From contig NC_043016.1 of assembly GCF_006345805.1 (NCBI RefSeq), positions 28,210,001-28,274,000 on the forward strand: 64,000 bases of DNA, given 5' to 3'. The notes beneath the pieces were generated by a model. It was not told the DNA's origin, made no database searches, and worked only from the letters and a program-made list of their open reading frames with translations. The stretch comes from Octopus sinensis. Taxonomy: Eukaryota. The position numbers and the translations under genes were made by a program. Shown here piece by piece: positions 26,111 through 39,412 of the stretch (position 1 is its first letter; the number at the start of each line of letters is the position of its first letter).

Positions 26111-29100
26111 TGGCCTAAAATTAATGAGAGCTAAATAGCATGACTATATGCCCTGGTGGTGTTTGATCAGAGGTTAAAAGATGGATGAGAATTAATTCTG
26201 TAATGCAATCATTCTATTGTTCCAGTTCCAAGTTGAATTCCAACTGTTGGCCAATTTGCCCTAAAGTTATTATCTCAACATAAGCGAATGTCATTTACCT
26301 CCCCCTTGATTTCTGATAAACGCCAACCAAGATGGCATGACTCAGCCAAGCTTTACCTGCTAGAAGTAGCAACCCAAATGCTTCTAAATCAGATCCCAAT
26401 GCTGAATGTTTAAGAACCAAATGAAGGGCAGATTTTCAATCCTGGGATTATTCTGGTACCAAAAAGGTATATGTTTATGTAGAGGAAATGTGGACTGAGA
26501 TACAGAGATCCTGAACAAACAGAATTTCGTGTTTATTAATATAGACGGATGATGAGAATTGAAGTTGGGGTACTCTTCTGTGAATGTTGGTTTTGAATAT
26601 AGTGAGTGGAATGAGAACAGTGTACCTCCATGTATCAAAGGGTTAGGTTTGAAATTCTGATACAACTGAGTTTGACACAAGACACTAGTAGAAGGCTGCA
26701 GGGTAGAACAGTCAAAACATAGTGAAAGCAACAATCAAGATGAGGACATCAGTTTGATTAATGTAAATAGGGTACATAATATAAATTCCTCATTGCAGAA
26801 ATTGTGTTTCTATGATAGTAGCCAAAGGGAGCAATAGAGGCTTTCAGCTACCAATGGGAATTGTTGTGATGGAAATTAGCCAAAGTTTTAAATATAAGTA
26901 GTGGAGGTTGGACCTGTATTATAAAAGCAAGTGGAGGAGGAGTGCATTGCAAAATCAGGTGGGCTTATGTAGGAGTTATTTGTGTCGATATGATTCTGTA
27001 TGAGAATACTAAAGGAATTAAGGGAGAAAGATGATTATGAAATCATAATTAAATCTTTAACCCACCTTTGTTAACCCAATCAACTTTCTAACACAGTGCT
27101 CCCACCCCCTACCTCCATCCTGCACAACAAAAACTCCAATAGTATAAGGATTATATCCAGCACCATAAAGATCCATAATACAGGTATCCTTTGGCAACAC
27201 CATGAAATGAGAAACTAACATGTACCTGTCACAGCAGACCTGCTCCATGAAAGGCAAGTTGAAACAAGCATGTTTTCTGTATTTTCCAACAGTTGATCCT
27301 ACTATATTGGGTTGATGGTAAACATTCAAAAGCTGCCTACACCAACTCAACTCATTCTGCTATCTGGAATAAAACCTCCACATCTCTCTCCAAACACATT
27401 TGGAAATCAAAGAATACAAAAAAAGCAGATACCACATGGGAAATCATTGAATACTAGAGAAATGGATAGATGGTCTACAGTCTTCCTCATAGTTTCCCTA
27501 ACAGCTTTCACCCAACTATAATCCTAAAGAAAAGAACCAAACTCATTGCAAATTACTACCATATACCAAAGTTCCTGTTGGTCAGCATGGAAGAAGTGAT
27601 ACTTACTGAACCTAAAAGAATGGGTATCATGAAATACAAAATCAATCATGTGGCTAATTACAGGTGCTTGACCACCATTTAAGATCTACTGATGAGAATG
27701 GTGAATTTATAAGAAACAGTGAAATAAGAGGAAATAACTATCTAAATTAAAACATTTAAGGCAATATTGAAGGTGTAAATGCAGAAAAAGTTTATTTTGC
27801 ATATCTCTAATAACATTATTTATAAAATCAAAGTGAAATACATACATGTGTGTGTGCATGCAAACACATATCAGTAAATGTTAAGAAAGAAAATTCACAT
27901 TTTCAATAATATTTGTTAATTTGGCAAATATCTGCACTATTAAGGCACACTGATCTTAGAATATAGAAACTGAGGAAAACCTGGTTCTCCCTAAAAATAT
28001 ATATTTATCATTGTTTTTATACCACAAATCATTAAATATCCAAAATCTTTCAACAAAAGACTATACCAACTTTAAAGGAAAAGATTTTGAAGTTGTTTGA
28101 TCAGTCAATCTAGTAAATAACAGCAACTGAAATACAGCCATGAATAAAAGATATAGTTACAGAGACAAAAAAAGTTTAACACTGCACATATGTGAAAATA
28201 TATAAACAATGCAGAAAAAAGATTTTTAAAATGCTGGTCTGAGTTGTTACATTTGTTTCTTCCCTCTTGTTCATAAAACACTAAGTTTTCCCTAGTTCAG
28301 CTATAAACTATTAATTAGCTATTGTGTTGCATAATATGAAAATATCACAACAAAAAGTATTAAACATGTAAAGCTTGAGTAAACAGAAAGTAAAACCAGT
28401 TAAGTTTTGAAATAGATGGAGTAATCTGAAAGATTCCAGCCAAGTCTGAAATCATATTTCAATGATATAAACAAAAAATGGTAATACACAACATTTTTGA
28501 TTAGTTCATGAGTCAAAAATTAAATCATATTCAGTTTTTAAATGTAATTCTAAACCAGTCTCTCTTTTCAATGTGTTACTAACACATTCCAAATAACCAA
28601 AATAGTTTTGATGAGAAGAGGTCAATAGGTTAAAGTTCATGTATGGCAAGGCAAGGTCAAAAGGACAAGTAAACTTCCTAGAGAGAGGAATAGAGAGAAG
28701 GAAGCCCACTAACTCTACGTTTCATTATAGTGTTAGTTCTAATAAACTAAAAGTGATTATATTTAATTTCTGTAGAATGGTTAAGAATTTAGTTTGTGGT
28801 CACAAATTTCTGAATTCAGCACCCAGGGTGGCATCTATCTACAGCAAGTGTCATTTGCCATTGTACCTCTAATACAAAAAGGTACAGCCTTGGGTCTTCA
28901 TGACAGTTATAATTAACATTCTTGTTGCCATAGTACTACTGAAAATTTACTGCCTTTGTTTGAATTAGTTTTGAAAAGGATAACTCAGTAAAATAACTCA
29001 TTATTAATGTAGTATTTGAAACGTATTTTAGCACGAAAATTTGATGGAAGGTTTTAATTTAGATCACTTTGAAACAGGAAGATTGCATCATAGAACCAGG

Positions 29101-29871
29101 GTAAGTCTCAGGAGAGTTGGTATCAAAAGGTGTGTGTGTGGAACACGCAGTCACTTACAAGCTAATTCAATGAGCAGATAATCCAGTTGATCAAACAACT
29201 GAATATGTATCATCGTCAATGCCAAAAGAGATCAATTTTATTTGTTAAACACGAAGAGACGCCTTCAGTATAATAGCTGACATCAGATGAACAATACTTC
29301 AGATCTGTTTGAATAAACAAAATATTAGTGACCTCTAATAGACCTTGAAATATTCAGGGAGACAGTGTGAGTACAGTCGATTATATCAACCTAAGTATGT
29401 GACTAGCACTTTATTTTGTTGACTCAAAAGGATGAAAGGCAAAATGCACCTTACTGAGATTCAAATTCCAAATGGCAAAGCCCATGACTAAATGTCACAA
29501 TGGACAGCTGAACTAGTTTTATCAATTCTAAAACCAACAAACACACACAGCTTTTTGCTTAGTATTCAGCAAAGTTAACAGCATAACAATCAAATCATTT
29601 TGTAAATAAAAAAAAAACCAAAGCCTTCATCTTGAATGAAAATATGGTTAAATATTGTAAAAAAAAAAAAAAAATAATAATAATAAAAAGCAAATGTCAT
29701 TTGGCAATACATTGTAGAAAATAGCATGACAAGGAAAAACATTTAGAGAAATTAATTTTTGTTTTTTTAATGAGTGGATGTAAGAGAATGGAGGTAAAAA
29801 TATAACCAACCCTTCTTAATGTAAAACCTCAAATATAACACCACTGATATAATGATAACATATCAGTTGTC

Positions 29872-30325
29872 AGAAAGACTTCCTCCTGCCCCCCGCCCCC
29901 CTTCTTGCAAATTATTGTTTTCACTTAAAAAGAAATTTTTTTTGCTGAAAACCCATGTTTTCGGATATGGAGATTCCAGAAAATTGCAAAAGATTGGAAT
30001 TTTGAAATTCCGCCCCGCCATTCCCCCCTCAATTTCTTCATTTTTCACTCTTTCCCATAACCCAAACCCTAACCAGAAAAATTTTTTGAAATTTGTTTCA
30101 GAATCATAACCTCCATATTTTTCTGCATATTTACAAGAAAAAAAAAAAAAAAACTTGAAATTGAAAAATTTAGGTGGTGGTGGCAGATTTCAAAATGCTG
30201 ATTTTTACCAATTTTTTTGCAGATTCATATTCTCTGTAGATGGGTTTGTGTAGAAAAAGAAAAAGAAAATAAAAAGAAAAGGGGTGTTTTTTGGGGGGTG
30301 GGGGGTATAAAAAGGAAGTCTTGCC
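29872..30325. mobile_element. Palindromic MITE (GGCAAGACTTCC-type TIR, 8-bp TSD)
   Basis: agaaagacttcc...ggaagtcttgcc; flanks cagttgtc / cagttgtt; same family as 46124-46594. Confidence 0.75.
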
Positions 30326-30899
30326 CAGTTGTTTAATAAAGGTACAGAGCACCACGACGCATAATCACGGAGGTGTGAGTTCGAGTCTCATAGCCGGCCA
30401 CCAACACTTTTTAATTTAAGGCGTAGGAGTGGCTGTGTGGTAAGTAGCTTGCTTACGAACCACATAGTTTCGGGTTCAGTCCAACTGCATGCCACCTTTT
30501 ACTATAGAGTCGGGCCAACCAAAGCCTTGTGAGTGGATTTGGTAAACGGAAACTGAAAGAAGCCCATCGTATATATGTATATGTGTGAATATGTTTGTGT
30601 GTCTGCGTTTGTCCCCGCAAACATCGCTTGACAACCGATGCTGGTGTGTTTACGTCCCTGTAACTTAGCGGTTCAGCAAAAGAGACTGATAGAATAAGCA
30701 CTAGGCTTACAAAGAATAAGTCCTGGGGTCAATTTGGTCGACTAAAGGCGGTGTTTCAGTCAAATGACTGAAACAAGTAAAAGAGTAAAAGAGATACATT
30801 AATGTGAAAAGCACAAATTTTATTAACAGAGATGATGGAATTAAAGGGAGGTAAAAAATTTTCTAATGTTTAATAGCAGGTAAAAACAAACTTTAAAAA

Positions 30900-33800
30900 A
30901 AAAAAAGAATTTTTTTTTGAAATGAGTTGACATGCCAGTCCCAATTTATTAAAACTGGAAATAGGCGATGGGGTGAGGGGACGGATATCAGTTGTTTACT
31001 TAATTGCTGTGAAGCCATTAAACTATTGTAGATCTAATTATAGTTACATAAACAGGATTTTAAAAAAAATATGTAATTACAGCTATTCCTGACAATGATT
31101 ATTATATTGAAATATATCAATTAGACTTTAGAGGAAAAATGATGTGAAGATTATATAGTATTGCCTAAACTGTTTGATTCATAGAAAAGTCACCTGTGAG
31201 GTGATTAAAAATTCCATAATATTTGGAATATTAATTATCTTTAATCAGTAAAAACAAACAGTAAATCTAGACTCAAATGAAAATAACTACCATCTAAAAT
31301 TATGTCATGTTCTTCATAGCTAGTTAATTCTACTTCAAAAAATGTGCCAGGAGAAAAATCATTTCAAAAATAAACATTTATAAAAGAAATTATGAAAAAA
31401 TATATTTGCTTCAGACAAACACGTTACCATTTATTTGCATAGGAGTTGCAAAATGAAGTCTTTTGCAAAGTATTTATGTTGCCTTTTTCTTTATTGGGTA
31501 TCTTCGTCGTGCATTTATCATAATGAGACCAACAATTGCAAGTACAAATGGAAGGAACCAAGTGAAGAACAACCACATATTCTCCAGTTTAGGATATCCT
31601 AGCATGAAGTGGCTTTGGGTTATCACAGCAAAAATTATGATTGTTGTCTGAAGAGAGACAGAAAACAAAAACGCAGATAAACTTTGGCAAACAACATTGA
31701 AATGGAGAACAGAATCAAAAAACAATACAGCTTATTGCAACAGTTGACAATTGAGTGAGAAAAATACATTTAAACTGTATAAACAGGAACTAATTAAAGA
31801 GTATTGTAGACATATATTAAGAGGTTGAATGGCAAATTTGGCCAACTAAATAACAGTTCCTCCAATGTTCATTGATGTATTCCATAACAGTTTTGTTTCT
31901 TTTATGAAAGCCAAAAGTGCCATGAACTGAAAAGGCCTAGAACTTTACTGTCAATGACAAACTATATCACTTGGTGTGCATGTGCTCCAATCTGAGGAAA
32001 AGTAACCAGACATAAAAATCTGGCTGAAAAATATCTCACAATATGAAATACAGAATTGGAAAGCATAAAAGCCTGCATGACCTACAGCACCATGTAAATC
32101 TAAGAATAATTAGATAAATCTGTTTGATTAATTAAAATGCAAGGAAAAAGAAAAATGCACACTGATTTGTGGAATATTCTGTATAACACTGTATGTTGTG
32201 CATTTTCAATTTATTCTATACACTAATAGAGAATGTTGATATTAGTCACTTGATATAACCGTAAAATACTCTGGAAAGCTTACAATATATAACCACATGG
32301 TCAAAATGATTACAGCTGCTTTTCATTAGATCAACAAGTTATTACTGGCCTTGCAGTAAACAAGAAGGACTTAATAGTTTCATTAAGCTATATACTCATC
32401 AATACAATTCAGCTATAAGCAGGACTAAAAGTTCAACTACCCTTATTTCTATAGTGTAACTATCATGAAGAACCAAGCTTGCAATTCAGAAACTATATTA
32501 AATTGGCTGACAAACTTTTTGATCATTTGTTCAATCAAGCAAAGCTGTTTTAGCATGTCCACTAGCATAAACTGGTAGACTAATTAACAAATAGCATGTA
32601 CCTGTCTACCAAACATCAATTTAATTATAGCAAGGCTAAATAAAAGAGAACAGCCTCTTTTAGAAATATTCACACCATGAAATACAATAATTGGTAGTAA
32701 TAAATCAGAAATTTAGATACATTTGACTTGTAAAACATACACATTTAATAGAAAGGAAAAAAAATCAAAAACAATACTTACGTAAACACGAGAGAGTAAA
32801 ACTGATTTTATATCTCTTTCTAGGTAAAAACTCGTAGAGTACCAAGATAACCAAATACCACCAAGTGTCGATCCACCCACAAGTTGAGTTATATATACAT
32901 GGATTAGATCAGGTTTTGGAGACTGAAGAAATGGAAAGAAAATAACAACAGTAGTGGGAATTACTTGTTTAATATACTGAAGGGATCAAAACGAGGCCAA
33001 TACAAAGAAAATATAATAGTGGAGACTGTTATATCCAAACACACAGATGCTAGGTTAGCCTAACCACCAAAGGCAAGTACCTTATTTTAGTATGTTATTT
33101 TCTGACCTAAAAGTGCTTCTGAAGAGTAAGCCCTTTTGTTTAGGCCTTCTTAGCCACTAACACCCACCTTTCTAAACAAGTTATTGTAACAACACCTCCC
33201 ACTCCCTTCTCTGCTGAAAACTGGAAGACAAAGAGTCCCTATCTTCAGTTCTTTCAGTTACCCCTCATCATGCTATATCTTACAAAGACAGAAGGAAAAG
33301 GTAAAATGCCTGTCCTTTCCTGTCAACATGATTGATGGACTCCCCAAAACAGCAATTAATTTTGATAGTGCAAAACAAGCTTTGTTGCCCTGCATCTTGG
33401 CATATGACATGTGAAACTGACCAGGCAGCTGCAGATTATCTACAGTCCCTGGCACATTCCTGTTGATTCAATGAGCTTTTCCTCTCCAGCAAGAACTTAT
33501 TACATACATTATAACTAACAATTATCACTGAGATACAATTAGTACATAATTACCATAAAGTACAATAATTTATTACATACATCACCACTAGTGTAGCTAG
33601 TGGGGTGGGCAGTAGGGGTGGTCTGCTCCAAGCAGCACTTTTAAAGGGGCATTACTTTCGGGTCTGCTGTATGCAATACGTCTTTTGTGAGGTCCAGGGG
33701 TCGGCAAACGGAAGGGCCGTTCCAGATGGCACACACTCTAGCTATGCTAATGTACACCACTACTTAAAACTTGGATAACAATTATACTTTATGGGAAAAT

Positions 33801-35911
33801 TAGAGGAAAGAAGAAAAAAAGTTTTAGAAAATATTTTCTCTCAATTGTGTAGAAAGTTGTCAAGCAGAGAACTTGTTTGCATGACATAAAACATTTAATA
33901 TTGTTTATAGCAGTTAGTTCATTAAATATAACATACATACTTAAATACACAAAACACATACAATCAATATAAAGTAATCATCACTAAAATGTTAAATTGC
34001 TTGTTGATAATTAAGAGACTTTAATTATTAAGGGGTTATAAAAAAAAAGCAGTTTAATTAGGTTTTTGTGACCTAAAATTATGAACAACCTCAAATAGGT
34101 TTTTCTTATTGTATAATATTAATTCATCCTAATTTTGGCACAAGCTGCTAAAGTCTAGGGGATGGTGCTTAACTAGTACATATCTTAATAACTCCAAAAG
34201 GATGAATGGCAAAGTCAACCCCAGTAAAGCAAGAAGAAATGGGCACTAAGCATTTTCTCAGACTTGATAACAATTTGACCAGCAATGTGCTTCTTCTATC
34301 CATCCAGTGCTCAAAGAAATTGGTACCAAACAAAAAAAACTGAGATGAAGCCATAAAAATGACACAGATTTATTGCTGGTGAGGGAATTCTTCCACTCCA
34401 TCAATGACATGGTGACATGGGAAGTAATAAAAGACAAATGAAAGAAGCCATATAAAATGAGGGGAGACAGAAGGATCTCTACTAACAGGCAAGGGAAAAC
34501 TGGAACCCAAGGGCATTGTGATTGGCATGCCTAACAAAAAGAGGTTGAGCATGCCTGTTCTATACAATAGCTCAAATTAAATAACTGCGAGAAATAACAG
34601 CCAAATCACCCTTCAACTCCACTTTACTATCTTAAAATATGGAAGGGCAAAGGAGATAGGACTGACATCAAAATGGGATGGTCAAAACTGGAACATCCCT
34701 CAGGATAGTTCAACTCCTTAGCAATAATCTAGGGCTAAAAAGCATTATTTTGTTTGGCTCAAGTCAGCTTTATTCAAAGACATTCTTGCCACCACCATCT
34801 AGTCTTTATCTCATACACACATTCCCACTCCTTGCTGTTATTTCTAGCTGATTAGAAACCAAAGAGAAGCTCCCTTTTGTCTGTTCAAATTCTCAGTAGT
34901 TACCAGATTTAAATCATTAAAGGGCAACAAGACCTTACCTTCTGTTCACCCAAACCCTGCTACCTTTGTATGTAGGTAGCACAGTAAGGTATAGTTAACT
35001 GTAGCATATCCATGACTAACACGCTTAACTGGCAACAATCCAGTAAACCACATATCAATCAACTGTGCCATCAATATGCTTTCCCTCTAGTGCTACTATC
35101 CATATGTTTAGGTTGTCACTGTTCCCTTTTGTATACCTTTCTTTTCAATAAGGTGAACCATATTTTGCTAATAATGTTTTACGGTGAGTCTAAATTGTCA
35201 TTATTTTGTACAAGAGGAGGACAAAAGATTAACACAATGACAGATGGTACTGTCTGTTTTAGAAAAGTTTAAAATCAGCAATCAGTGATTCCCTACTTTC
35301 ATCTCTTACAGATTGTGTAACCCAGCTCAGGTCAGAGAAACGGACCATACCTAATTATGCTGACAAATTGGGAGCAAGATAAATATTTATTAACAACAGC
35401 AGTTTTATTATTCATACAGTTAACAGATCCAACATTAGACATGTTGCCAATGTCAGCTGGTGAAAATTAGAAAGATTAAAAGAGAAAACTTACAAACAAG
35501 GTAGTCAAAAAATGTGGAAAGGCCATATATGCCAGCCCTGACAGAAACGTAACAAAAAATTCAGTTCTTATCACCCATGTCAATAACACTTCAGGTTCAT
35601 AGTGACCAAGTTTAGGTTGCTTTCGTATAATTTGGACTAAATTAGCCACTAACCACAGGCAGAAGTTCCCAAGAACAAAGTAGAGAAACTGTCAAGAAAA
35701 GAAAAAAAAAAAAGATCATTAGTTATATATTTAATAAAACAAATCAGAATTAAAACAATTATTATTAGAAATAACTAGAATAGTATAGAAGAGAATAGTC
35801 ATCATCATCGTGTTACATCCACAGTGTTATAACATTTCTAATATTTAATTCTGCAGAGGCAAAAATGAAGGATATCAATGATCCTCACCATATGATATTC
35901 ATCTCTCTCTC
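30900..35911 (-). repeat. Right arm of the ~5 kb inverted duplication
   Basis: Reverse complement of 1-~5040 with scattered substitutions and short indels. Confidence 0.97.
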
Positions 35912-38900
35912 TCTCTCTGTCTGTCTAAGTGAGAGAGAGAGAAAGAGGGAGAGACAGATTCTGCCTGGAGGGTGTGAGGTGAATCTGTGGAAAAGAGGAC
36001 CTAGGAGGACGTAGAGTAAAGTGGTGCAAAATGACCTTCAGATGTTAAGCAATTAGCAAAACTTGAGAAGACCTGTCCACCTAAGTAATCTGGACATCCT
36101 AAAGGCATGTTGTTTATGCCTCTGTCCTTGAAAAATCTCTCCTCCATCTGTGTGTCACTCACTTCATTCACCTCTCCTTTATCTCCCACTCTTGCAATTT
36201 TCACACAATCTATCCTTCAACATGTTCCTCACCCCCCCCCCTTCTCCCTGTATTCACTCACTGCATTTTCCTCCCTTTCATTTCCAGTGCGGGTGAGCTT
36301 ATCTGCCCATTCACCCTATCCAATCCTCTGTACCACTTTACTCATATACACTCCCTTGTAACTTGATGGTATACCCCAACCCATTTTCACCATCTTCTCT
36401 CTCACTCCTCTCCTGGGTTAGCCACCTCCCTCAATACCACTAGCTCTTCAGACAACAGAGTTTAGTTTTGCAAGTTTCTTGGTGACCCCACTGCAGTTGG
36501 TACCACATGAAAAGCATCCAGTACACTCTGTAAAGTGGTAGCCATTAGGAAGGTTATTCAGTTGTGGAAACCACACCAAAGCAGAAAGTAGGGCTTGGTA
36601 TTGTCCTTTGGCTTGTTGGTTTCTGTTAAACTGTCCAACCCATGCCAGCATGGAAAGCAGGCATTATATGATGATGTTTTATTAATTAGACTTGTGTCAT
36701 TACCATCATCATAATTCTGATTCAACGTGCATTTTCTACTGAAGCTTCATACTTATTACTGGAGCAAAGTATTGCTGAACATGGGATCTTGGGTAGAGAA
36801 CAAGTTTCTAAACTACAAATGATTACAATATATGAGACTATAAAAATCTGCAAGACCTTCCTATGATTTAAAGGAAAATGTAAAAAACAAGATGCTTTCC
36901 CTCACAACCTTGCTACCAAGCAAATGGCCGGTCAAAATCTATTCTAATTTAAAAAGGGAAAGAGAAACAATCAAACTTAGATTTGTACATATACATACAT
37001 ACATACAACCTATAAAATGTGACTTTGTAGCAGTATTTACTCTACCCCACCTGGACACACACCATACCTGCAGACACTCTCACACATACATGTACCTTGT
37101 ACAAAGAACAGAAAATCAAACATGTCAATGACAACAACAAATGATTTAAGGCTGCAACTGAGTTTCAAGTCATCACTTGCTGAAGTTCCTTCTCTTCTAG
37201 GAACTACAAATAGTGAAAACAAGGCAACGAGCAGAGAGGGGGGTTGATTATATCAAGGAATAAGGAATCAAACTCATTCTAAAGATGATATACACTACAG
37301 GAAATTAAGAAAATTAGAAAACCCTAGGGTGAAGGAAGGGGCTAAGATTGAAGCCTAGTGCAGCCATCTGGTTTGCCAGCCCTCAGTCAAAATTGTCCAA
37401 TCCATGCTAGCATTGAAAGCGGATATTAAACGATGATGATGATGAATATTATTCAACATACACTAGATTTTGATAATGGAATCAGTCAAGGTGTTAATTA
37501 TCAACTATCAGTTTCTGCTTTGACTCCAGAAGACGTTAGTATCATCGTTCATGAGAAAACTACAGAAATATAACCCAGATAGTTTACGTACAGTTGGAGA
37601 AGGAAGATAAAGTTAAAAGAGTCTACAGTACATAACTTCAAAAAATAAAGATCCTATGATGAATAGAAGCAGAAAAAAACTGGGTATTGTATCATGACAA
37701 TGTACTGTGAATAGAACAAACAGCAGCCATAATTAGTGAACACAAAATGGAGCAAAACAAGACATAGAAGTAAAGGGCTTTTTGATAGCAGAGTGGGTAG
37801 CAGCCCTAGTTAAGTTGAAATCAGAAGATATACTTGTAATGCACAGTGACAGGTTGTGTTTACCAACTCTGGCTATTTACGCCTTAGTTAATCAGACATT
37901 ATGGTTATAAACTATTAGAAGAACAAAATAGATACTTCAGAAGGACTGACTACTAAGACATTCAAGTGATCGACCAAGATGCAAAAATAAGAGAGAGATA
38001 GTTGGGAGGGGGTATAGAAAAATATAATAGAGGACAAAACCAGATTATAAGACATGTAATTTGTATCAAGATGCCCTCTTCTTCAATCAACTACAAGAAA
38101 AGTTCTGAGACAAGAACAAATCATTAAAGCCAATATTTATTGATTTGGAGAAGACATCTTTGACAATGTACCATGAAGAATGGCTGTGAGAACAATGTAT
38201 GCAACATATAGGTGCTAAAAGCAAGGTAAGTGTTTGCAACCAGTTCAAATAGGTAAGCATCTACCAGCACTATCCCTGTTTCTTTCAGTTTAAGACTGAG
38301 TAGTCCCACAGTTCTCAAAGCTAAATTAGTTGCAGAATTAAAGAAAACCTCCCAAATTTGGAAGATGGGATTCAAACAGAGAGACTCAATAGTCAATTTA
38401 GCAAAGACAAATGTTTTAGTTAGCAGAAAATACAACAGAATGCTAGTACCAACTTGGAAATGGTTGTGTTTGATATACAGAAAGTCAGCAGGGAGGTACA
38501 ACTGTTGTACACTGTGTACCAAATGTAAATAATGGGTGGATAAAAGGTGTAGTGGTATCGCAGACAGGCTGACAGAGAAGTATTTCAGATGATACACAGA
38601 GGTAGTTAACAATAAAGTCCCTCAACTGCCCAGAAGACTCATTCATCATCATCATCATCATTTAACATCCGTTTTCCATACTGACTTGGGTTGGATGGTT
38701 TGATAGGAGCTGGCAAGCCAGAGGGCTACAAAAGGCTCTAGTCACCTGTCCTGGTGTGATTTATATAGCTGGATCCTCTTCATAATGCCAGCTATTTTAC
38801 AGAGTGTACAGTGGGTGATAAGCAACTTGTTATCTAGATGACCTAATCATTACTATCAAGGGGATTGAGGTAACAGAAATGGTAGCTTCACAAATGATCT

Positions 38901-39372
38901 GTTAATAGATGGCTTCTCTCTCACTGAAGAACAGACTTTATGATGCGAGATTTAAAGGTAGTGAGGTTTGAGCATAAGAATGCGGAGGACATTGGGTGGA
39001 AACTGGGAACAAACAACGTAAACACGTTCTATAACTATGAATGTGGAATTAAAACATTGCTGCTGGCACTCTGGTACAACCAAATCTACTTCTCAATATA
39101 TGACCTCATATTATCCATTTCTAGTCTGTAACGTGCACTCTGGCTTTTGTCAATTCATTTTGTCCGTTACATTTTACCTTTTCACTAGTTTCAATCATCA
39201 GGCGGCCATGCTAAGGCACTGTTCTGAAGGGTTTTAGTCAAACCAATAGACCACAGGACTTTCCTTTAAAAGCATGGTGTTTATTCTCTTAGTCTCTTTT
39301 GGCCAAACTGCTAAGTTAAGGGAGACATAAACTAACACCAGTTATCAGCAGTGCTGGGGGATAAAGACAGAG

Positions 39373-39412
<40 letters not shown>

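Noticed and set aside
28506-28709. Minus-strand ORF with a strong polypyrimidine/AG acceptor
   Set aside because: No recognisable protein and no partner exon found; could not link it to the orphan frame at 20677.
1-35911. Giant transposon (Polinton/Maverick or Foldback) with 5-kb TIRs
   Set aside because: The arms contain spliced host exons, and the spacer shows no polB, integrase, ATPase or capsid genes.
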